This document shows, piece by piece, positions 12,216-24,015 of a stretch of DNA of 64,000 bases. The translations under genes and the position numbers were made by a program. How positions within the stretch are numbered: position 1 is the stretch's first letter; each line of letters starts with the position of its first letter. The notes under the pieces were generated by a model. That model did no database searches. It was not told where the DNA came from and saw nothing but the letters and a program-made list of their open reading frames with translations. Source of the stretch: Malacoraja senta (Eukaryota); the NCBI GenBank assembly GCA_038087875.1, contig CM075999.1, positions 1,738,001 to 1,802,000 of the forward strand. The letters run 5' to 3'.

Positions 12216-12482
12216 TTAGGTTTAGAGACACAGCGTGGAAACAGGCCCTTCTGCCAGCAAGCCCGCACTGACCAGCGATCCCCGCTCATCAACACTATCC
12301 CCGCTCATCAACTCAAGGGACAATTTGGAGTGTGGGAGGAAACCGAAGTTCTCGGAGAAAACCCACTCAGTCACAGGGAGAACGTGCAAACTCCGTACAG
12401 ACAGCACCCGTAGTCAGGATCGAACCCGGGTCTCGGGTGTTGTAAGCGCTGTAAGGCAGCAACTCTACCGCTGTGCACCGTG
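12216..12482 (-). mobile_element. V-SINE copy
   Basis: Reverse complement of the SINE family, internal deletion. Confidence 0.8.
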
Positions 12483-13220
12483 GTTCTGTGTTCACAGGGC
12501 TGTTATTGTTGCCGCAAGTAAGAATGTCATTGTTCCTTTGTCGGTGCCTATGGCAATTTCAAGAGAGAGTTAGATTTAGGTCTTAGGGCTAAGGGAATCA
12601 AGGGATATGGGGGAAAAAGCCGGAACGGGGGTACTGATTTTGGATGATCAGCCATGATCATATTGAATGGTGGTGCTGGCTCGACCTACTCCTGCACCTA
12701 TTTTCTATGTTTCGATGAAACACTCCTGACTCTTGCCACTTGACTATTGAAGGGGTTTGTACAATCTGGCCAACACCCTTATCCAACCATATGTATGCTG
12801 AAAAGAAGCGTGTGGAGCAAGCTCGATGATCTCTTTGTGGTTCACTGACCAATTAACAGGACTGACTCATAAAGTTCTCCACCCGTAGAATTCACAATAA
12901 GTGTATTGAACTCTTCGTGACTTCATGAATGTGGTACAGGTTGCTACTGGTGCATTGGGCCAGTCACTCTCCGCATTACCTTCCTTAGGTTGCTGGAGCC
13001 TTTGTTGATCAGTGGCTGAGATGGCTTAATGTAGAAGTATCATTGTAGATAACACTAGTCCAAGTGAAATTCCTGTGTGGTTTTCATTATCCGATATCAT
13101 ACGATACAATACGATAGAACTGTATTTGTCCCAGGGGGGAAACACGAATTTAAGGTACCCTAGTTCTATCCTACACACTAGCGACAATTTGCAGAAGCCA
13201 CCAAACCAACAAACCTGCAC

Positions 13221-13536
13221 GTTTAGTTTCGGTTTAGTTCAGAGATACAGCACGGAAACAGGCCCTTCGGCCCACCGAGTCCGCACCGACCAGCAATCCC
13301 CGCACATTAACACTACCCTATGCACAATAGGGACAATTTTACATTTATATCAAGCCAATTAACCTACAACCTGTACGTCTTTGGCGTGAGGGGAAAAAAC
13401 GGAGCACCCGGAGAAAACTCACACATTCACAGGGAGAAGGTGCAAATTCCGTCCAGACAGCACCCATAGTCAGGGTCGAACCTGAGTTTCTGGTGCTGTA
13501 AGGCAGCAATTCTACTGCTGCGCCACTGTGCCGCCT
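13221..13536 (-). mobile_element. V-SINE copy
   Basis: Reverse complement of the SINE family, full length. Confidence 0.85.
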
Positions 13537-14177
13537 TTGTCTGGACACTCCTCCAAAACATTATTGCAATCCAGTGAGCTGTTCATTACATGACACACTC
13601 TTAAAAGCAGTGACAATAAGGACAGTAGAATATGTCGGAAACATACCGGAATAATTTCAGGTCAAGGCGTATCTGTGAAAAGAGAAACAGAATGAATGGT
13701 TCACATCAAAGACTCTTTAACAGTGAGTGAACAGCTGAATTTTTACAGTGTTTTCTGTTTGTGTTTCAGATTTCCAGCTTCTTCTGTTTACTGATTTTCA
13801 ATTTAAAATAACGTGCAATGTTCACGACCAATATTATTCACGTTACATATAGTTATAGTCATGCAGTGTGGAAACAGACCCTTCGGCCCAACTTGCCCAT
13901 ACCGACCAACATGTCCCATCTACACTCGTCCCACCTGCCTGTATTTGCCCCATACCCCTCTAAGCCTATCCTATCCATGTACCTGTCCATTGCTTCCTAA
14001 ACGTTGCGATAGTCCCTGCCCCAACTACCTCCTCCGGCAGCTCGTTCCATACACCCACCACCGTTTGCGTGAAAAAGTTACCCCTCAGATTCCTGTTGTA
14101 AACTTAATTCTCTCTTTGCCAGAAATGTCCATTGTCTTTTTTCTTTCCATTTTTGCAGATAGCAGTGGTTTGCTGAC

Positions 14178-14377
14178 NNNNNNNNNNNNNNNNNNNNNNN
14201 NNNNNNNNNNNNNNNNNNNNNNNNNNNNNNNNNNNNNNNNNNNNNNNNNNNNNNNNNNNNNNNNNNNNNNNNNNNNNNNNNNNNNNNNNNNNNNNNNNNN
14301 NNNNNNNNNNNNNNNNNNNNNNNNNNNNNNNNNNNNNNNNNNNNNNNNNNNNNNNNNNNNNNNNNNNNNNNNNNNNN
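14178..14377. other. Assembly gap (200 N)
   Basis: Run of exactly 200 N. Confidence 0.99.
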
Positions 14378-14924
14378 ATCGAACCCGGGTCTCTGGTGCT
14401 GTGAGGCAGCAACTCTAACGCTGTGCCACCGTGCCGCCATCTCTCTTCAGGAGTCGGAGCAATTCTGGGCAAAGAAAGATGTACGAAGGCCCGGATAATT
14501 TATGTGTCCAAGTTTAGTCATTCTTTGAGTAATCTGACATCTGATAGACTCTGAAGACAAATTTAGTTTCTTAAGTCTTTCTTAATTGTTATTAGAGAGA
14601 TAATGAGCCACTCGGCCCATTGGTATCTGTCCCGTTATTCTGTAAGGTCGTGAATTAAATCATCAGGGGAATAAGATAGGGTGAAGGCACAGAGTCTTAC
14701 ACCCAGGGGAGGAGAATCAAAAAGCAGGTGTATGGTTGGGAAAGGTTTATAAGGCTATGGACCAAACACGGCCATTTTCCCTGCCCATTCCCAGACCAAG
14801 GGTTCCCCTTTGTTAACCAGAAATGCTGAAGTATATCAGAGGACTTGAACCTCCACAGCTATGTTGAGTGAAGAGCTTTTGTTAGAAAAGTTAGTTAGGA
14901 AAGTTAGAGTAAAGAGGGACGGGT

Positions 14925-15211
14925 GCGTTCACGGTGGCGCAGTGGTAGAGTAGCTGCCTTACAGCGAATGCAGTGCCGGAGACCTTGGTGTTCGATTCCC
15001 GATTACGGGATGCCGTCTGTACGGAGTTTGAACGTTCTCCCCTGTGACCTGCGTGGGTTTTTCTCCGGAGATTCTTCGGTTTTCCTCCCACACTCCAAAG
15101 AGTTGGCTTGGTAAAATGGTAAAAATAAAAAAAGTGCAGGGATCGCTGGTTGGCATCGGACCCGGTTGGGACCGAAGGGCCTGTTTCCGTGCTGTAATCT
15201 CTAAAACTAAA
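14925..15211 (+). mobile_element. V-SINE copy (subfamily with CAGCGAATGCAG insertion in head)
   Basis: Same head insertion seen in 59775-60093. Confidence 0.8.
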
Positions 15212-15274
15212 CAAAGCAAAGCTTCTCACTGTACCTTGACACAATGTGACCATAAACTATAAACTAAACTGAAA

Positions 15275-15590
15275 TGGCCACAGTCTTCGAATAAAGGGAA
15301 GGTCATTTAAGACCGAGAGTGAGAAAAAAACGTTTTTCACCCAGAGAGTTGTGAATTTGTGGAGTTCCCTGCCACAGAGGGCAGTGGAGGCCAAGTCACT
15401 GGATGGATTTAAGAGAGAGTTAGATAGAGCTCTAGGGGCTAGTGGAGTCAAGGGATATGGGGAGAAGGCAGGCACGGGTTATTGATAGGGGACGATCAGT
15501 CCATGATCACAATGAATGGCGGTGCTGGCTCGAAGGGCCGAATGGCCCTCCTCCATGCACCTATTTTCTATGTTTCTATGTTTTCTATGT
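15275..15590 (+). mobile_element. CR1 3' fragment
   Basis: CAGAGAGTTGTGAATTTGTGG..GAAGGGCCGAATGGCC..TTCTATG tail. Confidence 0.85.
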
Positions 15591-16404
15591 TAATGAGTTA
15601 CAAAGATGTACTTACCATTCACCGGGTGTTTCTTTCTCTCAGCTCAGAAAGCACTCAGCATAGTCAAATATATTCTGCTTTTTGCATTTTTTCTACCAGT
15701 GCATTGCCCATTTCACTAGAGTTATCTGTTTTCCCCTGAAGCCAGTCTGCCTCCTTCCACAAACCAACACGGTCATTCTGCTCTGCACCAATAACTTTAC
15801 CATTGGAATATGACCCTCTGTTCCCACTGTCTGTTTTCTATCCATTAACTAATCCTCAACTCCTGCTCCCCACAACACTAGGGGGGGGGGGGGGCGATTT
15901 ACAGAGTGGACAAACCCGCCCCATCTTTGGGATGTGGAGGAGGAAACAGGAGAACCCCTCGCAGTCACGAGGAGAACGTGCAAACTCCACACAGACAGCA
16001 GCCGAGGTCAGGATCGAACCCGGGCCTCTGTCGCTGGGGAGGCAGCCGCTCTACCCATCTGTCAGAAGCTGACTGAGAGGAGATCTAGACAACACCCAGC
16101 CCGGGAGTCGCGGGCTCCCCAGTGGCTTCTGTAAAATTGTCCCTAGTGTGCGTTGTCGGATAGTGCTAGTGTATGGGTCGGCATGGACTCGATGGGGCCG
16201 AAGGGCCTGTTTTCCCAGCTAGTTCCTTTCTTCCGTAAATAAGATCACAGGGTTCTCTCTTTATACCCGTTAGTTGAGGTTTCTGCATGAAGTTAGAAAT
16301 CAACTCAAGTTTAATGGATTCCTAGTTCTGGATTTGTGGAATGTCAGGGTGAAGAAACTCTAAAGAGTCCTTTAAAAGATAATCCACCCATCGGTAGATC
16401 ACAA

Positions 16405-16800
16405 GATCATGTGATCATAAGGGATAGGACTAGAATTAGACCATTCGCACCCATCAAGTCTACTCAGCCATTCAATCATGGCTGATCTATCTCTCCCTCC
16501 TAACCCCATTCTCCTGCTTCTCCCCATAACCCCTGACACCCGTACTAATCCAGAATCCATCTATCTCTGCCTTAAAAATATCCATTAACTTGGCCTCGAC
16601 AATCTCCTGTGGCAATGGAATTCCACAGATTCACCACCCTCTGACTAAAGAAATTCCTCCTCATCTCCTTCCTGAAGGAACTTCCTTTAATTCTGAGGCT
16701 AGGCGCCCTCAAGAAATTCCTCCTCATCTCCTTCCTGAAGGAACTTCCTTTAATTCTGAGGCTGGCGCCCTCTGGTCCGAGACTCTCCCACTTGTGGAAA
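16405..16800 (-). mobile_element. CR1 3' fragment with internal tandem duplication
   Basis: SLRIKGSSFRKEMRRNF encoded twice in tandem. Confidence 0.8.
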
Positions 16801-17047
16801 CAGTACCTAACCCACTTTAGTTCCTCCAACTCCTCTGTTTTCCGCATCTCTAAACAAAAAGGTAAATGAATAATGGTGACTTTTTCAACCACTACACCAT
16901 AAACTGCAGAGGTACCATCTCTGATCATTCCAACGAATTAGCGCTCCTCCTTGGCCAATGGTTTGCTGCCCTCCTCACTGTAATCGAGGAAAATTAGTGA
17001 AATGACGCAAACTTCGGGTGTTCATAGATTCATAAGTTCATAAGGGA

Positions 17048-17330
17048 GGCGCAGCGGTGGAGTTGCTGCCTTACACAGCGCCAGAGACCCGGGTTCGATC
17101 TGACTACGGGGCGCTGTCTGTACGGAGTTTGTACGTTCTCCCTGTGACCTGCGTGGGTTTTCTCCGAGATCTTCAGTTTCCACCCACACTCCAAAGACGT
17201 CCAGGTTTGTAGGCTAACTGGCTTGGTATAAATGTAGAATTGTCCTAGTGTGTGTAGGACAGTGTAATTAGTGTGCGATGATCGCTGGGCGGAGCAGACT
17301 CCGCGCTGGATCTCTAAACTAAACGAAACG
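17048..17330 (+). mobile_element. V-SINE copy
   Basis: Head, central domain, tail. Confidence 0.85.
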
Positions 17331-18226
17331 AATCTCCCCTGAAACGCCGGTGCCTGCAGTTGGTGACCAGCCAGTACTCAGACTCGAGTATAATTCACAG
17401 TTCCTCAGCACCATGAAGGATTCCTGCACAGTATCACTGCAGATGCTCCATGTGTAATCACAGGCTGCAGTTCCCAGAGATTTGGAAACACTCCTAATGC
17501 CTTAATTTCTGTAATTTCCTTAAAATTCCTTGACCCAAGGGCAGATTTCGCATCTGTTTTTGTTGTTGGTGGGGAGGGGTGAAGGACAGTGTACGAAGGT
17601 TCACAGCTGTGGGCAACACATAGTGACGCTCATCGATTCTCTCTGTCTCTCTGTCACGATACAACACGAGAGGTCATGTTAGTCCAGTCCATTAACTCTC
17701 CGGCATTTTAATTACGTGTGCAATTGCGGACTGAACGTGCATGAAGGAACTGCAGGTGCCGGTTTACATCGAAGATAGACACAAAATGCTGGGGTAACTC
17801 AGCGGGTCAGGCAGCATCTCTGGAGAGAAGGAATATGTGACGTTTCGGGGTCAAGAAAAAAAAGAAGGGTCTCGACCCAAAACGTCACCTATTCCGTTTC
17901 TCCGGAGATGCTGCCTGACCCGCTGAATTACTCCAGCATTTTGTGTAGTTGTTGACTTCTCATAATTCTCAATGGCTACTGTGGAGAGCAAAAGCTTGGG
18001 TGGCATGGTGGCACAGCGGTAGAGTTGCTGCCTCACAGCGCCAGAGACCCGGGCTCGATCCTGACTGCAGGTGCTGTCTGTATGGAGTTTGCACGTTCTC
18101 CCTGTAACCGCGTGGGTTTTCTCCGGGTGCTCCGGCTTCCTCCCACACTCCAAAGACGTGCAGCTTTGTAGGTTAATTGGCTTCTGTAAAATTGCAAATT
18201 GCCCCCTGTGTGTGTAGAGAGTGTGA

Positions 18227-18949
18227 AGCCCCCGGTCCCACTTTCACGACCTAGTTGGCGACCTCTGCCGAGTTTGCCCTTGACTCATACTCGCAGCATG
18301 GTCGCCACGAGGTCGTAGGAGGTCGTAGGTCACTCTTCCTCATGCTCGTGAGTGGTCTCCGCGTACTCGTGGCCTCAAGTAGGGCGCGGCGTTTTTCCCA
18401 GCCTGATAAAAAATGTCCACGAGTAAACAAATGGTCGACATGGAAAAAAATGGGTACCTTTTACTCGTAGGTGGGTCGTAGTAGGTCGTAGTAGGTCGTG
18501 ATGGTAGTCGTAGGTAGTCATGGGTCGGTAACTGGCTCGAGAAAAAAAATGCAAACATGGCATCATTTTATCATGCGATCATTTCCTCTGGTCTTAGGTG
18601 TGGAAGACTGAGGTCGAGGGGGGTCGTAGGAGGTCGTAGACATAGTAGTAGGAGGTCGTAGACAGAGTCGTAGGAGGTCGTAGACATAGTGGTAGGAGGT
18701 CGTAGACAGAGTCGTAGGAGGTCGTAGACATAGTAGTAGGAGGTCGTAGACAGAGTCGTAGGAGGTCGTAGACATAGTAGTAGGAGGTCGTAGACAGAGT
18801 TGTATGAGGTCGTAGTCATAGTAGTAGGAGGTCGTAGACAGTCGTAGGAGGTCTTTTACTTCGGCGAGTCAACACGACCGTGACATTTTTTTCAACTCGT
18901 CTAGGATCTTCTAAACTCGTGGATTAGGTCGTCCAAGTGGGACAGCCCT
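18227..18949. mobile_element. PIF/Harbinger-type MITE related to family B, with expanded minisatellite
   Basis: GTCCCACTTTCACGACC..GGTCGTCCAAGTGGGACAGCCCT; first part is reverse-complement related to 8984-9241; TSD degraded. Confidence 0.7.
18629..18853. repeat. Minisatellite: ten 22-bp units in strict A/B alternation (44-bp higher-order unit)
   Basis: GGAGGTCGTAGACATAGTAGTA alternating with GGAGGTCGTAGACAGAGTCGTA. Confidence 0.95.
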
Positions 18950-19298
18950 AAAGTGGTGATCGCTGGCTGGCGTAGACTCAGCGGGCCGAAGGGCCTGTTT
19001 CTACGCTGTATCTCTAAAGCCTAAACTCCAAACTCCAAACTCTAACGTTTGCTCCAATTTGCAATGAAGTCTAAATGTAATCCTTTAATTTTTCCACAGG
19101 AGCTTGCAGATTAAAGTTTACTAATCGTGCATTGCGTGAAAAACAATTGTCTTTCATGATGGGACAACTTGTTACCTTAGTTGTGGTGCAAGAAACTGCA
19201 GATGCTGGTTGAAACCGAAGGTAGGCACAAGAAGCTGGAGTGACCCGAAAAATCTCCCATTCCTTCTCTCCAGAGATGCTGCCTGTCTCACTGAGTTA

Positions 19299-19881
19299 AA
19301 GGCCTGTCTCACGAATCTGCGGTCATTGGCGGCAAAACGGGAAGAATCTGCCGCCATAGACCGCGCACTCGTGAGAACGCACAATTCCGGGGCCGTGCGG
19401 CGGTGTTCCCAACACTGCACGGTGCTAAAATAAAACCTACACTGTTGAAAACTATATTCTTACCGCACAACCTCCACCAGTGAGGCACGAGTGCGGCACG
19501 GCCGCCCGCACGGGCCGCCGCCAGTGTGGCTCGAGCGCCGTGCGTCATACTTGCACTGCCACAGCCTCCGCCAGTGAGGCACGTGTGCGGCACGGCCGCA
19601 GGCACAACCACCGCTACAGCGCCGCGATCAGGACGGCCGCCGCCACAGCTGCCGCTAGTGAGTCACGTGCGGCGGGCCGATGTCATCGCAGTCGGCCCGC
19701 CCTTTTTTTTACTTACCGCAAGCACGTGGGACCAGCCGTATTTGAATCACTCGGCCCCCGCGCAGCATCCGTGCGGTGCTCCCGTGGATAGGCTCGGCGC
19801 TCTCACCGTTGCCGTGCGGTCCACTCTACAGGCGAAGCCGCGCTTCACCGCCGATGACCGCAAACAGGTAAGACAGAGCCT
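19299..19881. mobile_element. PIF/Harbinger-type MITE, family C (GC-rich)
   Basis: AAGGCCTGTCTCAC / GTAAGACAGAGCCT; TTA TSD; removal restores Penelope motif CTGAGTTACTCCAG. Confidence 0.8.
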
Positions 19882-20344
19882 TTACTCCAGCATTTTGTGT
19901 CTATCTTTTGTTACACTAGTTATTGTGTTATGATTGAGGCTGAACTCAGTCCACACACTAAATATTCAGCCTGCTTTCAAAGTCCTTGTTGCCCATGCGG
20001 TACAGATTCAATGTTTAATATGGCTGGGTCATTGCATTAATGTGTATATCCCACATGTTGAATCTCTCCCATTGTGACGGGCGGGCTGTTAATAATCCTC
20101 CCACAGCTTTCGAAGTGATTCACCCGGTTTCTACAAGTAACTCGGCGTGACAACGAAGACTTCTGCTCTTCATCTGTTCCCTGCTTCACAGCCGCTCGAT
20201 GAAGGCGGAGGCCGAAAAAAACGCGAAATGTTATTAAATTACGTGAGCAAACAAGTGGGTTCAACATCCCACACTGACTTGGCCACCTCCACCAGTATTA
20301 CACGAGAATGCCCGGCTTTTGTATACAATAACCAGGGATGTTAT

Positions 20345-20539
20345 CGTCTTCTTCCTTCTGTGTCCATCTTGTTACAAATGTTGGCCTCGCTGTCATCGTC
20401 CGTCCTGAAAAGGACGCGAGCTTCCGGCGACAATCAGTGGGAGCCATCACTTGTCGCAGTAGATGATGGTGGTGGCAGAATTAGCTCGGGATACGTCCAG
20501 TTTCCAGCCCCGCCACGTGGACGCCTCTGCTATGGGGCC
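20345..20539 (-). mobile_element. Ribozyme-headed short retroelement, family 3
   Basis: TSD AGGGATGT(T/A)AT at 20334-20344 and 20540-20550 inside a CR1; hairpins GCGACAA/TTGTCGC and CGTCCT/AGGACG; tail AAGGAAGAAGA. Confidence 0.8.
20475..20539 (-). ncRNA. HDV-like (CPEB3-type) ribozyme, predicted
   Basis: GGCCCC-AUA-GCAGAG-GCG-UCCACGU-GGC-GGGGCU-GG-AAACUGGACGUAUCCCGAG-CUAA-UUCUGC: P1 6 bp with G1-U, P2 6 bp, P1.1 CC/GG, short P4 GGA/UCC, CNAA J4/2; P3 has a G-G mismatch. Confidence 0.8.
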
Positions 20540-21145
20540 AGGGATGTAATATTGAGGCTCTATAAGGCGTTGTTCCGGCCTGCATTTGGAATATGGTGAG
20601 CAATTTTGGGCCCCATATCTGAGGAAGGATGTTCTGGCCCTGGAGCTGGTCCAGAGGAGGTTTACAAGAATGATCCCAGGAATGAGCAGGTTAACCTATG
20701 ATGAGCGTTTGTCGGCGCTGGGCCTGTACTGGCTGGAGTTTAGAAGAATGAGGTGAGACCTCATTGAAACGTACAGAATAGTGAAAGGCTTGGATAGAGT
20801 GGATGTGGAGAGGATGTTTCCACTGGTGGGAGAGTCCAGGACCAGAGGGCACAGCCTCGGAATTAAAGGACGTTCTTTTAGGAAGGAGATGAGGAGAAAT
20901 TTCTTTAGTCAGAGGGTGGTGAATCTGTGGAATTCTTTGCCACAGAAGGCTGTGCAGGCCAAATCAGTGGATATTTTTATGGCAGAGATAGATAGATTGT
21001 TGATTAGTGCAGGTGTCAGAGGTTATGGGGAGAAGGCAGGAGAATGGGGTTGGAGCGGAGAAATAGATCAGCCATGATTGAATGGCGGAATAGACTTGAT
21101 GGGCCGAATGGCCTAATTCTACTCCCATTCCTTATGACCTTATGA
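20540..21145 (+). mobile_element. CR1 LINE 3' fragment
   Basis: RDVILRLYKAL.. and KGLDRVDVERMFPLVGESRTRGHSL..FFSQRVVNLWNSLP. Confidence 0.9.
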
Positions 21146-21769
21146 CAGATGCCTGAACCACTAGGAGTACATAGAAGGAGCCAGCCACGACTTAATGTAG
21201 CCGAGTGAAGAAGTGACAGTCCTCAGAATAAAAGGAGAAAGGAGATGAGGAGGAATTTCTTTAGCCAGAGGGTGTTGAATCTGTGGGATTCACTGCCACA
21301 GTCGGCTGTGGAGGCCAAGTTAGTGGATATATTTCAGGTGGTGATTGCCAGATTCCCGATTAGTTACCGGTACCCGGGGTTATGGGGAGAAGGCAGGTTA
21401 AGAGGGAAAGATAGATCAGCCATTATTGAATGGCGGAGTTGACTTGATGGGCCAAATGGCCTAATTCTTCTCCTAGAGCTTATGAATTTATGAACTTATG
21501 TATATGCATTCTTGTATAACACTGATGGAGGTGCTACCTTCTGAGTGAGATATTAAACCCAGTATTGTCTGCTCTTAAATATCAACAAGGGTCTTGACCT
21601 AAGACATCGCCTACCCATGTCCTGCTGAGGTGTTGCCTGACCCACTGAGTTACTCCAGTACTTTGTGTTTCATGTAAGATTCCAGCATCTGTTGTTCCGT
21701 GTGTCCACATCTCTTGCCTACTCTCGCAGCTGGAAGTAAGAGATGCTATTGGAAGCATCTTGAATATAT

Positions 21770-22405
21770 TTTTGGCACATTGGCCTTCATCAGTCAGAGT
21801 ATTGAGTAGAGAAGTTGGGGGGTCATGTTGCAGTTGTATAAGACGTTGTTGAGACTGCATTTTGAGTATTGTGTTCAGTTCTGGGCAGCATGTTATAGGA
21901 AAGATATTGTCAAGCTTGAAAGGGTTCAGAGAAGATTTACGAGGATGTTGCCAGGACTAGAGGGTCTGAGCTATAGGGAGAGGTTGAGTAGGCATGGACA
22001 GCAATCCATGGAACGCAGGAGGATGAGAGGTGATCTTATAGAGGTATATAAAATCATGAGAGGAATAGATCGGGTAGATGCACAGAATCTCTTGCCCGGA
22101 GTAGAGGAATTGAGGACCAGAGGCCATAGGTTTAAGGTGAAGGGGGAAAGATTTAATAGGAATTTGAGGGGTAACTTTTTCACACAGAGGGTGGTGGGTG
22201 TATGGAACAAGCTGCCAGAGGAGGTAGTTGAGGCAGGGACTATTCCAACGTTTAAGAAAAAGTTAGACAGGTACACGGAGAGGACAAGTTTGGAGGGATG
22301 TGGACCAAGCGCAGGCAAGAGGGACGTGTGTAGCTGGGACATGTTGGCCGGTGTGGGCAAGTTGGGCCGAAGGGCCTGTTTCCATACTGTGTCACTCTAT
22401 GACAC
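21770..22405 (+). mobile_element. CR1 LINE 3' fragment (second subfamily)
   Basis: ORF 21825-22439 MLQLYKTLLRLHFEYCVQFW..VQRRFTRMLPGL. Confidence 0.9.
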
Positions 22406-22407
22406 TA

Positions 22408-24015
22408 CAGTGGCTTGCAAAAGTATTCATACCCCTTGAACGTTTCCACATTTTGTCACGTTACAACCACAAACGTAAATGTATTTTATTGGGATTTTAT
22501 GTGATAGACCAACACAAAGTGGTGCATAATTGTGAAGTGGAAGGAAAATGATACATGGTTTTCAAATTTTTTTACAAATAAAAAACTGAGAAGTGTCGCG
22601 TGCAAAAGTATTCAGCCCCCCTGAGTCAATACTTTGTAGAACCACCTTTCGCTGCAATTACAGCTGCAAGTCTTTTGGGGTATGTCTCTACCAGCTTTGC
22701 ACATCTAGAGACTGACATTTTTGCCCATTCTTCTCTGCAAAATAGCTCAAGCTCAGTCAGATTGGATGGAGAGCGTCTGTGAACAGCAATTTTCAAGTCT
22801 TGCCAGAGATTCTCAATTGGATTTAGGTCTGGACTTTGACTGGGCCATTCTAACACATGAATATGCTTTGATCTAAACCATTCCATTGTAGCTCTGGCTG
22901 TATGTTTAGGGTCGTTGTCCTGCTGGAAGGTGAACCTCCGCCCCAGTCTCAAGTCTTTTGCAGACTCTAACAGGTTTTCTTCCAAGATTGCCCTGTATTT
23001 GGCTCCATCCATCTTCCCATCAACTCTGACCAGCTTCCCTGTCCCTGCTGAAGAAAAGCACCCCCACAGCATGATGCTGCCACCACCATGTTTCACAGTG
23101 GGGATGATGTGTTCAGGGTGATGTTCAGTGTTAGTTTTCCGCCACACATAGCGTTTTGCATTTAGGCCAAAAACTTCAATTTTGGTCTCATCTGACCAGA
23201 GCACCTTCCTCCACATGTTTGCTGTGTCCCCCACATGGCTTGTGGCAAACTGCAAACGGGACTTCTTATGGCTTTTTTTCAACAATGGCTTTCTTCTTGC
23301 CACTCTTCCATAAAGGCCCGATTTGTGGAGTGCACGACTAATAGTTGTCCTGTGGACAGATTCTCCCACCTGAGCTGTGGATCTCTGCAGCTCCTCCAGA
23401 GTTACCATGGGCCTCTTGGCTGCTTCTCTGATCAATGCTCTCCTTGCCCGGCCTGTCAGTTTAGGTGGACGGCCATGTCTTGGTAGGTTTGCAGTTGTGC
23501 CATACTCTTTCCATTTTCGGATGATGGATTGAACAGTGCTCCGTGAGATGTTCAAAGCTTGGGTTATTTTTTTATAACCTAACCCTGCTTTAAACTTCTC
23601 CACAACTTTATCCCTGGTGTGTTCCTTGGGCTTCATGATGCTGTTTGTTCACTAATGTTCTCTAACAAACCTCTGAGGCCTTCACAGAACAGCTGTATTT
23701 ATACTGAGATTAGATTACACACAAGTGGACTCTATTTACTAATTAGGCGACTTCTGAAGGCAATTGGTTGCACTGGATTTTATTTAGGGGTATCAGAGTA
23801 AAGGGGGCTGAATACTTTTGCACGCGACACTTTTCAGTTTTTTATTTGTAAAAAAATTTGAAAACCATGTATCATTTTCCTTCCACTTCACAATTATGCG
23901 CCACTTTGTGTTGGTCTATCACATAAAATCCCAATAAAATACATTTACGTTTGTGGTTGTAACGTGACAAAATGTGGAAAAGTTCAAGGGGTATGAATAC
24001 TTTTGCAAGCCACTG
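22408..24015 (-). mobile_element. Full-length Tc1-family DNA transposon (IR/DR type, Passport-like)
   Basis: TA TSD (22406-22407, 24016-24017); about 213-bp TIRs 22408-22620 and 23803-24015 with 3 mismatches seen; GCAAAAGTATTCA twice per TIR. Confidence 0.95.
22626..23636 (-). CDS. Tc1 DD34E transposase, 336 aa, uninterrupted
   Basis: Paired-like HTH with GRPPK, linker ARRKPLL, WSDET, QQDND then 34 residues to E in SPDLNPIE, C-terminus KGGSTKY. Confidence 0.95.
   Translation of the reverse strand: MKPKEHTRDKVVEKFKAGLGYKKITQALNISRSTVQSIIRKWKEYGTTANLPRHGRPPKLTGRARRALIREAAKRPMVTLEELQRSTAQVGESVHRTTISRALHKSGLYGRVARRKPLLKKSHKKSRLQFATSHVGDTANMWRKVLWSDETKIEVFGLNAKRYVWRKTNTEHHPEHIIPTVKHGGGSIMLWGCFSSAGTGKLVRVDGKMDGAKYRAILEENLLESAKDLRLGRRFTFQQDNDPKHTARATMEWFRSKHIHVLEWPSQSPDLNPIENLWQDLKIAVHRRSPSNLTELELFCREEWAKMSVSRCAKLVETYPKRLAAVIAAKGGSTKY

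Larger units (their letters stand above)
18000..19043 (+). mobile_element. V-SINE interrupted by a MITE
   Basis: SINE 5' part 18000-18225, 3' part 18955-19043. Confidence 0.8.

Noticed and set aside
13813..14472. Long ORFs in the track
   Set aside because: They read through the 200-N gap and flanking repeats.
18629..18853. CRISPR-like regular array
   Set aside because: The variable parts are two alternating 9-mers, not unique spacers; eukaryotic context and no cas genes.
19309..19933. GC-rich ORFs / CpG-island promoter
   Set aside because: Lies within a TIR- and TSD-bounded MITE; ORFs are a by-product of high GC.
20147..20599. 150-aa ORF
   Set aside because: Crosses the antisense ribozyme element into a CR1; a chance fusion.
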